DNA of 64,000 bases from an uncultured Acidobacteriota bacterium (lineage in GTDB: Bacteria; Acidobacteriota; Thermoanaerobaculia; Multivoradales; UBA5704): the NCBI GenBank assembly GCA_963770895.1, contig CAVYRF010000001.1, positions 1,376,001 through 1,440,000 of the forward strand, read 5' to 3'. The first letter of the stretch is position 1; every line of letters starts with the position of its first letter. This document shows positions 1-11,200 of the stretch, one piece after another. Position numbers and translations under genes: made by a program. The notes under the pieces are model-generated. The model saw nothing but the letters and a program-made list of their open reading frames with translations. It ran no database searches and was not told the origin of the DNA.

Positions 1-540
1 GACCGTGCCCCCCGTCGTCCCATTGGTCTGCTGCTGCACCACCGGCTGGCGTCCGGTCGTTACCGCCGGCGCCGTGGTGACGGTGGGGAAGTACTGCGAC
101 CGCGCCTCGGCGACCATGGCGCGCGCCGCTTCGAAGCTGTGCAGGGCGGCAGCCAGGCTTTGGTTGGATTTTTGGACCTGCTGTTCGAGGTCGTTCAGCT
201 CGGGCACGCCGTAGGCTTCCCACCAATTGCCGCGCAGCGCGGCGTCGGTGTCCTGGGGCTGTGCCACCTTCCATACCGTGCCGTCGCTCGACTTGGCTTC
301 GGTCTCCTTGTAGGCGGCGGCGGTGGGCGCCGTGGGCCGCTCGTAGCGCGGCCCGACGACGCAGCCGCCGGTCATGGCCGCGAGGGCGGCGGCCGCCAGG
401 GCAAGGACAGGCAGGGCCGGCAAGGTCGGCAGGGCTGGCAGCCAGGGCCGGCGCGCGACGGTGCTGCGGTGGGTGCGGCCGTGCCGGGTGGCGGCGGCGG
501 TCTTGTCCATGGCGGTTCCTTTGGGCAGGGTGGCGTTCAT
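1..540 (-). CDS. RND efflux outer-membrane lipoprotein (NodT/TolC family), 3' end outside window
   Basis: Frame read by hand from the ATG at 540 (ATGA overlap with the mdtC stop) or the in-frame ATG at 510 (AAAGGA RBS): lipobox ..MTGG-C, then VGPRYERP, 'WWEAYGVPELNDLEQQVQKSNQSLAAA' typical of NodT-family factors; last gene of the RND operon. Confidence 0.85.
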   Translation of the reverse strand, partial: MNATLPKGTAMDKTAAATRHGRTHRSTVARRPWLPALPTLPALPVLALAAAALAAMTGGCVVGPRYERPTAPTAAAYKETEAKSSDGTVWKVAQPQDTDAALRGNWWEAYGVPELNDLEQQVQKSNQSLAAALHSFEAARAMVAEARSQYFPTVTTAPAVTTGRQPVVQQQTNGTTGGTV

Positions 541-3500
541 CCCGTGGCGTGCTGCGTCGCCGGGTGCGCGCGTCGCCGGGCCCGCTGCTGCTCGCGCCAC
601 AGGCGCACGCGCTCCAGGTAGAGGTACACCACGGGAGTGGTGTACAGGGTGAGCATCTGGCTGACGATCAGCCCACCGACGATGGTGATGCCCAGGGGCC
701 GCCGCAGCTCGGCGCCGGTGCCGGTGCCGAGGGCCAGCGGCAGCGCTCCCAGGAGCGCTGCCATGGTGGTCATGATGATCGGCCGGAAGCGCAGCAGGCA
801 GGCCTGCCGGATGGCGTCGAGCGGGCTTGCCCCCTGGTTGCGCTCGGCGGCGATTGCGAAGTCGACCATCAGGATGCCGTTTTTCTTCACGATGCCGATC
901 AGCAAAACGATACCGATCAGAGCGATGACGCTCAGGTCGGTCTTGAACAGCAGCAATGCAAGGGCCGCGCCGACCCCCGCCGAGGGCAGCGTCGACAGGA
1001 TCGTGATCGGGTGGATGTAGCTCTCGTAGAGGATGCCCAGCACGATGTAGACCGCCATCAGCGCGGCGGCGATCAGGTACGGCTCGGTGGCGAGCGACGC
1101 CTGGTAGGCTTGCAGCGTCCCCGAGAACAGCCCATGGACGGTCGGCGGCATGCCGACCCGTTCCTGCATGCTATTGATCTCGCGCGTGGCGTCGCTGAGC
1201 GCCAGGCCCGGCGCCAGGTTGAACGACACCGTGACCGACGGGAACTGCCCCTGGTGGTTGATGCCGAGCGGCGCGGTCTTGGGCTCGAAGTGGGCGATGG
1301 CGCCCAGCGGCACGACGCCGCCGCCAACGCTGCTGCCGCCGCTGGCGCCGGCGGCCCCACCGTTGCCGCCGGTGCCGCCGCCACCTGCCGGACGCAGATA
1401 GATCTGGTTGAGGCTTTCGGGCGTCTGCCAGAATTGCGGCGCCACCTCCATCACCACGAAGTACTGGTTGAGCGAGGTGTACATGGTCGAAACCGGCGCC
1501 TGGCCAAAGGCGTCGTACAGCGTGTTGTCGATCGTCTGCGGCGTCAGCCCCAGCCGCGCCGCGGTCCTGCGGTCGTAGACCAGCATCGCTTCCAGGCCGC
1601 TGTTCTGCTGGTTGGTGTTGACGTCGGTAAAGCCGGGAAGCTTTTTCATCTCGCGCAGCAGGATCGGCCCCCAGGTCACCAGGTCCTGCACGTTGTCGCT
1701 CTGGATGGTGTACTGGTATTGCGCGTTGCTCTGGCGGCCGCCGATGCGCAGATCCTGGCCGGCCTGCAAAAAGACGGTGGCGCCGGGCAGCGACGTCAGC
1801 TTCGGCCGCAGCCGGTTGATGATGTCGCCGGCGGTCGCGTGGCGCTCGTTGAGGGGCTTGAGGCCGATGTAGACCGAGCCGGAGTTGACGGCGCCGCCGC
1901 CGCCGGTGAACGCCATCACCGCGCCGATCGACTTGTCGGTCTTGATCATGTCGACAAAACGGCGCGTCAGCGTGTTCATCGCCTGGTAGGAGATGTCCTG
2001 CGCGCCCTGGATGCCGCCATGGATGGTGCCGTTGTCCTGCTGCGGGAAAAAGCCCTTGGGGATGGCGGTCAGCAGCACCACGTTGAGGGCGATGGTGAGC
2101 AGCAGCACGTTGAGCGTCAGCGCCTGGTTGCGCAGCACCCAGGCGAGGCTCACGTCGTACCATGACAGGATCTTGTCGAAAAACGCCTCGCTCGCGCGGT
2201 ACATGCGGCCGTGGCGCTGCATCTCCTGGTGGGGCTTGAGGAGCTTGGCGCACATCATCGCCGTGGTGGTCAGCGACACCACCATCGAAACCAGGATCGC
2301 CACCGACAGGGTGACGGCGAACTCGCGGAACAGCCGCCCCACGATGCCGCCCATCAGCAGCACGGGGATGAACACCGCGATCAGCGACAGGCTGATCGAG
2401 ATGACGGTGAAGCCGATCTCCTTGGCGCCCACCAGCGCGGCTTCCAGCGGCGTCATGCCCTGCTCCAGATAGCGCGAGACGTTTTCGATCACCACGATCG
2501 CGTCGTCCACCACGAAGCCGGTCGAGATCGTCAGCGCCATCAGCGACAGGTTGTCCAGGCTGTAATTGCACAGGTACATGACGCCGAAAGTGCCGATCAA
2601 GGACACCGGCACGGCGACGCTGGGGATGATCGTCGCGCGCAGGTTGCGCAGGAACGCGAAGACCACCAGGATCACCAGCAGGATCGAGATGATCAGCGTG
2701 CGTTCGACGTCGTGCACCGAAGCGCGGATGGTGGTGGTGCGGTCCAGGACGATGGTCAGCTCGATCGCCGCCGGGATCGACGCCTGCAAGCCGGGCAGCT
2801 CGGTGCGGATGCGGTCCACCGTGTCGATGATGTTCGCGCCCGGCTGGCGCATGATGACCACCAGCACCGCCGGCTTGCCGTTGACGTACCCCGAGGCGCG
2901 GACGTTCTGCACCCCGTCCTGCACGTCGGCGACGTCGGACAGCTTGATCGCCGCGCCGTTGTGGTAACCGACGATCAGCGGCCGGTAGTCGGCGGCCTTG
3001 AGCAGCTGGTCGTTGGCCAGGATGTCGGCGGTCGCCAGGCTGTCCGCCAGCTGCCCCTTGGGGGTGTTGGCGTTTTGCGCCCGCAGCATGCCGGCCACGT
3101 CCGGCAGCCCCAGGCCGAAGCTGTTGAGCTGCGTCGGGTTCACTTCGACGCGCACCGCCGGCAGGGCGCCGCCGCCGACGTTGACCTGGCCGACGCCGGG
3201 GATCTGCGACAGCCGCTGCTGCATGATGGTGGACGCGGCGTCGTACAGCGCGCCGCGATCCATCGTCGAACTGGTGAGCGCCACGATCATGATCGGCGAA
3301 TCCGCCGGGTTCACCTTGCGATAGGTGGGATTGGACGGCAGGTTGGCCGGCAGGTAGCTGCGCGCGGCGTTGATCGCCGCCTGCACGTCGCGCGCCGCGC
3401 CGTCGATGCTGCGGTCGAGGTCGAACTGCAGCGTGATCGAGGTGGACCCGAGCGAGCTGGACGAAGTCATTTCGGTGACGCTGGCGATGCGCCCGAACTG

Positions 3501-3707
3501 GCGTTCGAGCGGCGCCGCGACCGACGACGCCATGATCTCGGGGCTGGCGCCCGGCAGCCCCGCCGACACCGAGATGGTGGGGAAGTCGATCTGCGGCAGC
3601 GGCGACACCGGCAGGAAGCGGAACGCCACCAGGCCGGCAAGGGCGATCGCCACCGTCAGCAGGGTGGTGGCGACCGGCCGGTGGATGAACGGGGCGGAGA
3701 TGTTCAT
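537..3707 (-). CDS. mdtC: Multidrug efflux RND permease subunit, MdtC-like
   Basis: [17 protein letters not shown]..., [47 protein letters not shown]; start at 3707 overlaps the upstream stop (ATGA). Confidence 0.9.
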   Translation of the reverse strand: MNISAPFIHRPVATTLLTVAIALAGLVAFRFLPVSPLPQIDFPTISVSAGLPGASPEIMASSVAAPLERQFGRIASVTEMTSSSSLGSTSITLQFDLDRSIDGAARDVQAAINAARSYLPANLPSNPTYRKVNPADSPIMIVALTSSTMDRGALYDAASTIMQQRLSQIPGVGQVNVGGGALPAVRVEVNPTQLNSFGLGLPDVAGMLRAQNANTPKGQLADSLATADILANDQLLKAADYRPLIVGYHNGAAIKLSDVADVQDGVQNVRASGYVNGKPAVLVVIMRQPGANIIDTVDRIRTELPGLQASIPAAIELTIVLDRTTTIRASVHDVERTLIISILLVILVVFAFLRNLRATIIPSVAVPVSLIGTFGVMYLCNYSLDNLSLMALTISTGFVVDDAIVVIENVSRYLEQGMTPLEAALVGAKEIGFTVISISLSLIAVFIPVLLMGGIVGRLFREFAVTLSVAILVSMVVSLTTTAMMCAKLLKPHQEMQRHGRMYRASEAFFDKILSWYDVSLAWVLRNQALTLNVLLLTIALNVVLLTAIPKGFFPQQDNGTIHGGIQGAQDISYQAMNTLTRRFVDMIKTDKSIGAVMAFTGGGGAVNSGSVYIGLKPLNERHATAGDIINRLRPKLTSLPGATVFLQAGQDLRIGGRQSNAQYQYTIQSDNVQDLVTWGPILLREMKKLPGFTDVNTNQQNSGLEAMLVYDRRTAARLGLTPQTIDNTLYDAFGQAPVSTMYTSLNQYFVVMEVAPQFWQTPESLNQIYLRPAGGGGTGGNGGAAGASGGSSVGGGVVPLGAIAHFEPKTAPLGINHQGQFPSVTVSFNLAPGLALSDATREINSMQERVGMPPTVHGLFSGTLQAYQASLATEPYLIAAALMAVYIVLGILYESYIHPITILSTLPSAGVGAALALLLFKTDLSVIALIGIVLLIGIVKKNGILMVDFAIAAERNQGASPLDAIRQACLLRFRPIIMTTMAALLGALPLALGTGTGAELRRPLGITIVGGLIVSQMLTLYTTPVVYLYLERVRLWREQQRARRRAHPATQHATG

Positions 3708-6700
3708 GAGGGCTGTTGCGCCGGTCGCGGCGAGTGCGCCGATGGCGACGACTGCGAGGGTGCCGGCACGCCCATGGTGCCGCTGCCGCTGGCGTGGGAG
3801 CCCGAGAAGCGGACCGCCAGGCGATCGAAGAACAGGTAGACGACCGGCGTCGTGTAGAGCGTCAGCACCTGGCTGACCAGCAGGCCGCCGACCATCGAGA
3901 TGCCGAGCGGCCGGCGCAGCTCCGAACCCATGCCGCTGCCCAGGGCGAGCGGCAGGCCGCCGAGCAGCGCTGCCATGGTGGTCATCATGATCGGCCGGAA
4001 GCGCAGCAGGCACGCCTGGTAGATGGCCTCTTCGGAGCTTTTGCCCTGATGGCGCTCGGCGTCGAGCGCGAAGTCCACCATCATGATGCCGTTCTTTTTG
4101 ACGATGCCGATCAGCAGGATGATGCCGATGAGCGCGACGACGCTCAGGTCCTGCCCGGTCACCAGCAGCGCCAGGCAGGCGCCGACGCCGGCCGAGGGCA
4201 GGGTCGACAGGATGGTCAGCGGGTGGATGTAGCTTTCGTACAGCACCCCGAGAACGATGTAGACGGTGATGAGCGCCGCCAGGATCAGCAGCGGCTCGTT
4301 GGCGAGCGAGGTGCGGAACGATGCCGCGGTGCCCTGGAAGGCCGCCTGGATGCTGAGCGGCATGCCGATTTCCTGCTGCACCCGTTCGATTGCCTTGGTG
4401 GCTTCGCCCAGCGAGCCGCCCGGCGCCAGGTTGAACGAGATGGTCACCACCGGGAACTGCCCCTGGTGGTTGATCGCCAGCGGCGCGCTGCGCGACTCGA
4501 AGTGGGTGAACGCGGACAGCGGCACCGCCGCGCCGTTGGCGCCGCCGACCGCGGCCGGCAGCGCCGACCCCTGCGAGGACGTCGCCGAGGGGCCGGTCAG
4601 GCCGCCCGAAGCGCCGACGCCGGCGCTGGTGGCGGTGACCAGCGAGCCGGTGCCGGTGGCCGCCGGGCCGCCGGCGGTGGTGCCCGGTGTGGTGCCGCCG
4701 CCTGCCGCCGCGCCGGTCGAGGTCGCCGACGAGGCCAGCGCCGAGCGCACGTAGATGTCGCGCAGGTTCTTGGGATCCTGCTGGAAGGACGGCAGCGCTT
4801 CCAGGACCACGTGGTACTGGTTGAGCTGGGTGTACAGCGTCGTCACCTGCCGCTGGCCGAAGGCGTCGTACAGCGTCTGGTCGATCAGCTGCGGCGAGAT
4901 GCCCATGCGGGAGGCGGTCAGGCGATCGATCATCAGGGTGGCGGCAAGGCCGGACGTCTGCTGATCGGTGGCCACGTCGCGCAGCTCGGGCAGCGACTTG
5001 AGGCGCGCCACCAGCTTGTTGGTCCAGCTGTTCAGCTCCTCCTGGTTGGGATCTTCCAGGGTGTACTGGAACTGCGTGCGGCTGACCCGGTCTTCGACCG
5101 TCAGGTCCTGCACCGGCTGCATGTACAGCGTGATGTCGTCGACCTCTTCAAGCTTGTCCTGCAGCCGGCGGATGACCTCGGAGGCGCTCACCTGGCGCTC
5201 CTCGAGCGGCTTGAGGTTGATCAGGATGCGGCCGCTGTTGAGCGTCGTGTTGGTGCCGTCGACGCCGATGAAGGACGACAGATTGTCGACCGCCGGGTCC
5301 TGCATGATGATGCTGGCCAGCCGCTGCTGGCGCCGCGCCATGGCCGGGAACGACACCGACTGGGCGGCCTGCGAGATGCCCTGGATGATGCCGGTGTCCT
5401 GCACCGGGAAGAACCCCTTGGGCACCACCATGTAGAGCAGCACGGTGAGCACCAGCGTGGCGCCCGCGACCACCAGGGTCAGCGTCTGGTGGCGCAGCAC
5501 CCACTGCAGGGTGCGGCCGTAAAACGCGATGACGTCTTCGAAGATCCGCTCGGAGGCCCGGAACAGCCGGCTCTGCTTCGCCTTGGGCTGGTGGTGCAGC
5601 AGCCGCGAGCACATCATCGGCGTCAGCGTCAGCGATACCACCGCCGACACCAGGATGGTGACCGACAGGGTGATCGCGAACTCGCGGAACAGACGGCCGA
5701 CGATGTCGCCCATGAACAGCAGCGGGATCAGCACCGCGATCAAGGAGATGGTCAGCGACACGATGGTGAAGCCGATCTGCTCGGCGCCCTTGAGCGCCGC
5801 GGCCAGCGGCGCTTCGCCCTCTTCGATGTAGCGCACGATGTTTTCGATCATCACGATCGCATCGTCGACCACGAAGCCGGTCGAGATGGTGAGCGCCATC
5901 AGCGTCAGGTTGTTGAGGCTGTAGCCGCACATGTACATCACGCCGAAGGTGCCGACCAGCGACAGCGGCACCGCGACGCTGGGGATGATCGTCGCCGCGA
6001 CGTTGCGCAGGAACAGGAAGATCACCATCACCACCAGCGCCACCGTCAGCATCAGCTCGAACTCGACGTCGCGCACCGAGGCGCGGATGGTCGTCGTCCG
6101 GTCGGTGAGCGGCGACACCTTGACCGCCGCCGGCAGGTTGCTTTCGAGCTGCGGCAGCAGCCGTTTGATGCGGTTTACAACCTGGATGATATTGGCACCC
6201 GGCTGGCGCTGGATGTTGACGATCACCGCCGGCACGTTGTCCATCCAGGCCGCCTGCTTGATCGTTTCGACGCCGTCGATGACGTTGGCGACGTCGGACA
6301 GCAGCACCGGGGAGCCGTTGTGGTAGGCGATCACCACGTCGCGGAACGCCTTGCTGGTCAACAGCTGGTCGTTGGCGTCGATCTGGTAGTCCTGCGCCGG
6401 GCCGTCGAAGTTGCCCTTGGCCAGGTTGAGGCTGGTCGCCTGCAGCGCCGAGCGCACGTCCTCCATGTTGATGCCGTACGCCGACAGCGCCGTCGGGTTC
6501 ACCTGCACCCGCACGGCGGGCTTCTGGCCGCCGCTGATGCTCACCAGGCCGACGCCGGGCAGCTGCGCGATCTTCTGTGCGAAGCGGGTATCCGCCAGGT
6601 CCTCGATCTGCGGCAGCGGAATCGACTTGGACGTCAGCGCCAGGGTGAGGATCGGCGCGTCGGCGGGGTTGGTCTTGCTGTACACCGGCGGCGTCGGCAG

Positions 6701-7069
6701 GTCCGCCGGCAGGAAGCTTTGCGCCGCGTTGATCGACGCCTGCACCTCCTGCTCCGCGACGTCGATGTTCAAGTCGAGCGAGAACTGCAAGACGATGACC
6801 GAGCTGCCGTCCGAGCTGGTGGACGTCATCTGGTTGAGGCCCGGCACTTCGCCGAACTGCCGTTCCAGCGGCGCGGTCACCGCCGAAGCCATGACGTCGG
6901 GACTGGCGCCGGGATAGAACGTCACCACCTGGATGGTCGGGTAGTCCACCTCCGGCAGCGCCGACACCGGCAGCTGGGTGTACGCCACGAAGCCGGCCAG
7001 CAGGATCGCCGCCATCAGCAGGGCCGTGGCGACCGGCCGCATGATGAAGGGAGTCGAAGGGCTGCTCAC
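3704..7069 (-). CDS. mdtB: Multidrug efflux RND permease subunit, MdtB-like
   Basis: [52 protein letters not shown]; first of two tandem RND permeases; GTG start overlaps the mdtA stop. Confidence 0.9.
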   Translation of the reverse strand: MSSPSTPFIMRPVATALLMAAILLAGFVAYTQLPVSALPEVDYPTIQVVTFYPGASPDVMASAVTAPLERQFGEVPGLNQMTSTSSDGSSVIVLQFSLDLNIDVAEQEVQASINAAQSFLPADLPTPPVYSKTNPADAPILTLALTSKSIPLPQIEDLADTRFAQKIAQLPGVGLVSISGGQKPAVRVQVNPTALSAYGINMEDVRSALQATSLNLAKGNFDGPAQDYQIDANDQLLTSKAFRDVVIAYHNGSPVLLSDVANVIDGVETIKQAAWMDNVPAVIVNIQRQPGANIIQVVNRIKRLLPQLESNLPAAVKVSPLTDRTTTIRASVRDVEFELMLTVALVVMVIFLFLRNVAATIIPSVAVPLSLVGTFGVMYMCGYSLNNLTLMALTISTGFVVDDAIVMIENIVRYIEEGEAPLAAALKGAEQIGFTIVSLTISLIAVLIPLLFMGDIVGRLFREFAITLSVTILVSAVVSLTLTPMMCSRLLHHQPKAKQSRLFRASERIFEDVIAFYGRTLQWVLRHQTLTLVVAGATLVLTVLLYMVVPKGFFPVQDTGIIQGISQAAQSVSFPAMARRQQRLASIIMQDPAVDNLSSFIGVDGTNTTLNSGRILINLKPLEERQVSASEVIRRLQDKLEEVDDITLYMQPVQDLTVEDRVSRTQFQYTLEDPNQEELNSWTNKLVARLKSLPELRDVATDQQTSGLAATLMIDRLTASRMGISPQLIDQTLYDAFGQRQVTTLYTQLNQYHVVLEALPSFQQDPKNLRDIYVRSALASSATSTGAAAGGGTTPGTTAGGPAATGTGSLVTATSAGVGASGGLTGPSATSSQGSALPAAVGGANGAAVPLSAFTHFESRSAPLAINHQGQFPVVTISFNLAPGGSLGEATKAIERVQQEIGMPLSIQAAFQGTAASFRTSLANEPLLILAALITVYIVLGVLYESYIHPLTILSTLPSAGVGACLALLVTGQDLSVVALIGIILLIGIVKKNGIMMVDFALDAERHQGKSSEEAIYQACLLRFRPIMMTTMAALLGGLPLALGSGMGSELRRPLGISMVGGLLVSQVLTLYTTPVVYLFFDRLAVRFSGSHASGSGTMGVPAPSQSSPSAHSPRPAQQPS

Positions 7070-8394
7070 TTGCCGTTCTCGGTGTCGGGTTGCGGATGGC
7101 GGCGGTGGGCGTGCTTCTGGCCCGCCGGTCCCCCGGCGCCACCGTTTCCGGCGTCGCCGGCGTTGCCGCCGGCGCCGTCGCCGCGGGATCTGCCGCGGGC
7201 GCCGCCGACGGCGACCTTGACGCCATCCTGCAACTTGTCGAAGCCGTTGACCGCCACCACCTGGCCGGCCGTGACGCCGCTGACCGCGGCAAAGCCGGCA
7301 TCGGTCGTGCCGACGGTGACCGGCTGGCTTTGCGCCGTCAGGTCGGCGCCGACGACGAAGACGAACGCGCCCTGGGCATTGCGCTGGATGGCAGCGGTGG
7401 GGACCAGGGTGGCGTCACCCTGCGTGCTGACCAGGAGGCGCGCATTGACGAACTGGCCGGGGAAGAGGGCGGCGTCCTGGTTGGGGAAGACCGCCTTGAG
7501 CTTGACCGTGCCGGTGGTGGCGTCGATCACGTTGTCGAGCGTCAGCAGGGCGCCGGACGCGATCTTTCTTTGCTGGGTGCGGTCGAAGGCGGTGACCGCC
7601 AGCTTGTGGCCCTGGCGCAGCTGGTCCTGGATCTGCGGCAGGTCGTCTTCGGCGACGCTGAGCACCACGGTGATCGGCTGCAGCTGGGTGATGACCACCA
7701 GGCCCGTGGTGCTGTTGGCCAGCACGATGTTGCCGGGATCCACCAGGCGCAGGCCGACGCGGCCTTCGATCGGCGAGGTGATGGAGCAGTACTGCAGGTT
7801 GACCTTGGCGCTGTCGACCAGGCCCTGGTCGTTCTTGACCGTGCCTTCGTCCTGCAGCACGACCTTCTCCTGGTCTTCGAGCTGCTGGGTGGCGATGGCA
7901 TTGCGCGCCGCCGCCGCCTGGTAGCGCTGCAGGTCGATGCGCGCTTCGGCCACTACCGCCTCGTCGTGCTCCAGCTGCCCCTGCGCCTGGGTGAGGGCGG
8001 CCTGGTAGGGGCGCGGATCGATGGCGATGAGCGACTGCCCCTTGTGGACCATCTGCCCTTCGGTGTAGCTGACGCTCATGATCTCGCCCTGCACGCGGCT
8101 GGTCACGGTCACCGTGTAGACCGGCGTCACCAGGCCCAGGGCGGTGATGTAGGAGTCGATCGGCCCCTGTTTGACCGTCGCCGTGTCGATCGGCACCGCG
8201 CGCGATCCCTGTCCACGGCCGCTTTTGGCCGATCGCCCCGTCGCCTGACGGGAATAGAAGAACAGCACCACCCCCGCGACGATCACGACGGGCAGCACCC
8301 ACACCCACCTGTGGCGTCCAGAGGAAGCCGGCTGGCCTGGCGCGGGGTCGCCGCCGCCGGGGCCGCCGGTCGAATGATCGATCTCTTCGGGCAT
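7066..8394 (-). CDS. mdtA: RND efflux periplasmic adaptor (membrane fusion protein), MdtA-like
   Basis: N-terminal TM helix; [65 protein letters not shown]. Confidence 0.9.
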   Translation of the reverse strand: MPEEIDHSTGGPGGGDPAPGQPASSGRHRWVWVLPVVIVAGVVLFFYSRQATGRSAKSGRGQGSRAVPIDTATVKQGPIDSYITALGLVTPVYTVTVTSRVQGEIMSVSYTEGQMVHKGQSLIAIDPRPYQAALTQAQGQLEHDEAVVAEARIDLQRYQAAAARNAIATQQLEDQEKVVLQDEGTVKNDQGLVDSAKVNLQYCSITSPIEGRVGLRLVDPGNIVLANSTTGLVVITQLQPITVVLSVAEDDLPQIQDQLRQGHKLAVTAFDRTQQRKIASGALLTLDNVIDATTGTVKLKAVFPNQDAALFPGQFVNARLLVSTQGDATLVPTAAIQRNAQGAFVFVVGADLTAQSQPVTVGTTDAGFAAVSGVTAGQVVAVNGFDKLQDGVKVAVGGARGRSRGDGAGGNAGDAGNGGAGGPAGQKHAHRRHPQPDTENGK

Positions 8395-8775
8395 GGATCA
8401 GTCCTTTTTCACCTGCTGCGCCTCTTTGCGAATGGGGTCTCGCCGCATGGCGAACGGCGGCCCGGCAAGCCGGGCCCGCGGCGCGCGCAGGGCGCCAGGA
8501 GCGCGCCCCAGCGGATAGACGTCACCCGCGCCCCGCCGGTTACCGCTGGGGCGGTGGCCTTGCCCCAGGTTCCCTCTAGAACGCCCCAGCGCCGCTCCGA
8601 GTTTCGCCGCGCCCGCCACCGCGCACCGGAACCGTCGTCCCCGCCGCCAGCCCGTCTGCCGCAGGCAGGAGCTCAGGTCCCTGCCGCCACGTCACCGCGC
8701 CCGCGGGCCTGCCTTGCCTCAGGCCACTTTGCCCGCGGGTGGAACCTATATGCCCCTGCCGGCGGCCAGCGCGAG

Positions 8776-9222
8776 CTAGAACGGGATGTCGTCGTCTTCG
8801 GGGGCGCCGCCGGGGCCGCCGAAGCCTTCGTCGTAGCTGGGGGCGCCGCCGGGTGCGGCGCTGTCGGCTTCGCCACCGCCCATGGCGCCGCCGCTGCGCG
8901 CCCCCAGCATCTGGAAATTGTCACACACGACCTCTGTCCGGTAGCGCTTTTCGCCGCTCTGGCGGTCCTCCCACGAGCGGGTCTGCAGCCGGCCTTCCAG
9001 ATAGATCTGCTTGCCCTTGGTGAGGTACTGGCCGGCGATCTCCGCCTGCTTGCCCCAGACCACTATGTTGTGCCACTCCGTCTGCTCCTGCCGCTGGCCG
9101 CTCTTGTCTTTCCAACGGCGGCTGGTGGCAAGGGTGAAGTTGGCGACAGGCTGGCCGGACGGAGTCGACCGCACTTCGGGGTCGCGGCCAAGATTGCCGA
9201 TCAGCAGGACTTTGTTCAACAT
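8776..9222 (-). CDS. ssb: Single-stranded DNA-binding protein
   Basis: [36 protein letters not shown], acidic tail DDDIPF. Confidence 0.97.
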   Translation of the reverse strand: MLNKVLLIGNLGRDPEVRSTPSGQPVANFTLATSRRWKDKSGQRQEQTEWHNIVVWGKQAEIAGQYLTKGKQIYLEGRLQTRSWEDRQSGEKRYRTEVVCDNFQMLGARSGGAMGGGEADSAAPGGAPSYDEGFGGPGGAPEDDDIPF

Positions 9223-9329
9223 ACGCGGTTCTCCTCGAATTTGGAATGAGTTACGCTACCACATCGAGGGCGGGACCGGCGCCGTGCCCTCTTATCTGGA
9301 TAGACGCAAAACACCATGAGATTTCGTGC

Positions 9330-9767
9330 ATGCGCCTGGTGATCCAGCGCGTCAGCTCGGCCGCCGTGCGCGTCGCGGGCGAAACCGTCGGCAGCATCGG
9401 CCGCGGCCTGCTGGTGTTGGTGGGAGTCGAGCGCGGCGACCTGCCGGCGGCGGCCCAGGCGGCGGCGGAGAAGCTGGCCGGCCTGCGCGTCTTCGAGGAC
9501 GCGGCGGGCAAAATGAACCTCGACGCCGCCACGGCCGGCGGCGCCTTCCTGGTGGTCTCGCAGTTCACCCTGGCGGGGTCGCTGGCGCGCGGCCGCCGCC
9601 CTTCGTTCGAGCGCGCCGCGCCGCCCGAAGCCGCGGCGCCGCTGGTCGACCACCTGGTCCAATCGCTGCGCGCTCGCGGCTGCCAGGTCGCCACCGGCCG
9701 TTTCCGCGCCCACATGGACGTGGAGCTGGTCAACGACGGGCCGGTGACGCTGGTCGCCGACTTCTGA
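9330..9767 (+). CDS. dtd: D-aminoacyl-tRNA deacylase
   Basis: MRLVIQRV, VSQFTL, GRRPSF, VELVNDGPVT motifs; start trimmed to the ATG at 9330. Confidence 0.95.
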   Translation: MRLVIQRVSSAAVRVAGETVGSIGRGLLVLVGVERGDLPAAAQAAAEKLAGLRVFEDAAGKMNLDAATAGGAFLVVSQFTLAGSLARGRRPSFERAAPPEAAAPLVDHLVQSLRARGCQVATGRFRAHMDVELVNDGPVTLVADF

Positions 9768-9770
9768 GGG

Positions 9771-10856
9771 TCAGGACGCCGCCGTGGGACCGCCGGGGCC
9801 GCTAGTGGCCGTCGCGGCGGGCGGCGCCGGCGAGCTGTCGTCCGCCGCCAGGTCGGTGGCGCCGCGCGGCATGAAGCTGAGCACCAGGATGGCCAGCGCG
9901 ACGGCGGCCAGCGCCCGCCGGCGGCCGTCCAGCTTCACCGCCTCGTCGACGACCGGCGGGTGGTACAGGCCCATGGCGAAGATCACCACGCACCACACCA
10001 CCCAGCCGCCCCACAGGATGCCAGCCAGGGCGAGCGCCACCCACAGCGGCAGCGCCAACCGGCGCTGGAAGCGGCCGGCCACCGCATACAGGATGTGACC
10101 GCCGTCCAGCTGGCCGAGCGGCAGGAGGTTGATCGCGGTCGCCAGCAGGCCGAACCAGGCGGCCAGCGCGAACGGGTGCAGCCGCAGCGCCATGCCGTCG
10201 GCGAGCCGGCCGTGGAAGGCGCGAACGGCCAGCTCGAACGCCAGGCAGGAACCGGGCACCAGGCGCGAAGCGCCGGGCGGCAGCAGCAGCGGCGCCACCT
10301 GCGACCTGGCGACGCCGACCAGCAGGAAGGGCACCAGCGCCGCGAAGCCGGCCAGCGGGCCGGCGACGCCGACGTCGAACAGCTGGCGCTTGTCGCGGAT
10401 CGGCACGCGGATGCGGATGAAGGCCCCCAGGGTGCCGAGCACCGCCGGCAGGGGCAGAAAGTAGGGCAGCGTCGAGGGCAGCCGGTAGCGCCGGCACGCC
10501 AGGTAGTGCCCCATCTCGTGCACCAGCAGGATGAACAGCACCGGCAGCGAAAACGACAGGCCCAGGCGGAGCAGGGCGGGGTCGCTCCACACGCGGGCCA
10601 CCAGGCGCGGCGTGATCAGCGGGTAGACGTCCTCGGACAGGCCGACCTGGTTCCAGGCGACCAGGCCCGGACCGAGCGTCGTGGTGGTGAAGAAGGTCAG
10701 GCCCAGCAGCAGCAGCGCCCGGCCGTAGCGCGGCGGCGGCGGGGGCTGGGGTGCCGCCGGCAACGACGGCAGGGGCTCCTGACGCCTGAGCCAGGGCCAC
10801 GTCCGGGCGAATTGCCATGGTGGCGGCGCGCCCGGCCATCCGGGTTGCCCCGGCAC
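9771..10856 (-). CDS. Site-2 protease family (M50) intramembrane metalloprotease
   Basis: HEMGH zinc motif, GTLGAFIRI, FDVGVAGPLAG, NLLPLGQLDGGH; probable GTG start at 10856 just downstream of HU (start uncertain). Confidence 0.88.
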   Translation of the reverse strand: MPGQPGWPGAPPPWQFARTWPWLRRQEPLPSLPAAPQPPPPPRYGRALLLLGLTFFTTTTLGPGLVAWNQVGLSEDVYPLITPRLVARVWSDPALLRLGLSFSLPVLFILLVHEMGHYLACRRYRLPSTLPYFLPLPAVLGTLGAFIRIRVPIRDKRQLFDVGVAGPLAGFAALVPFLLVGVARSQVAPLLLPPGASRLVPGSCLAFELAVRAFHGRLADGMALRLHPFALAAWFGLLATAINLLPLGQLDGGHILYAVAGRFQRRLALPLWVALALAGILWGGWVVWCVVIFAMGLYHPPVVDEAVKLDGRRRALAAVALAILVLSFMPRGATDLAADDSSPAPPAATATSGPGGPTAAS

Positions 10857-10866
10857 TCCATCCTGA

Positions 10867-11133
10867 TCAGAGATTCTTGAGGTCCTTGCCCGGCTTGAAG
10901 CGCACCGTCTTGCCTGGCGAGATCGCCACTTCGACGCCCGTCTTCGGGTTGCGCCCCACGCCCTTTTTGCGGTCGCGGACCTGGAACACGCCGAAGCCGC
11001 GAAGCTCGATGCGCTTGCCGTCGCACAGCGCATTCTTCATCGCGTCGATGATGGTGTCGACCGCCTGGGCAGCCTTCACCCTGGGCACGTCGGTGCTCTC
11101 CGCCACGTGGTCGACAATGTCAGACTTGATCAT
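10867..11133 (-). CDS. hup: HU/IHF family nucleoid-associated DNA-binding protein
   Basis: 88 aa; IELRGFGVF, GRNPKTG, VRFKPGKDLK. Confidence 0.93.
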   Translation of the reverse strand: MIKSDIVDHVAESTDVPRVKAAQAVDTIIDAMKNALCDGKRIELRGFGVFQVRDRKKGVGRNPKTGVEVAISPGKTVRFKPGKDLKNL

Positions 11134-11154
11134 TTGAGCTCCGAAACGGCGGCG

Positions 11155-11184
11155 AGTCTAGCAACCGGTCGGACAAGGTGTCAA
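11155..11184 (-). promoter_or_regulatory. Sigma70-type promoter for HU/site-2 protease
   Basis: Minus strand TTGACA (11184-11179), 18 nt, TAGACT (11160-11155), with TG extended -10. Confidence 0.65.
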
Positions 11185-11200
11185 CCGAGCCAAATCCTTG

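Noticed and set aside
261-7924. Long plus-strand ORFs (634, 542, 1402 aa) over the RND operon, and similar ones elsewhere (e.g. 29428-32304, 32190-34772, 37014-40556, 49309-52704)
   Set aside because: Antisense or off-frame shadows of real genes, expected at this GC content; Arg/Ala/Gly-rich with no motifs
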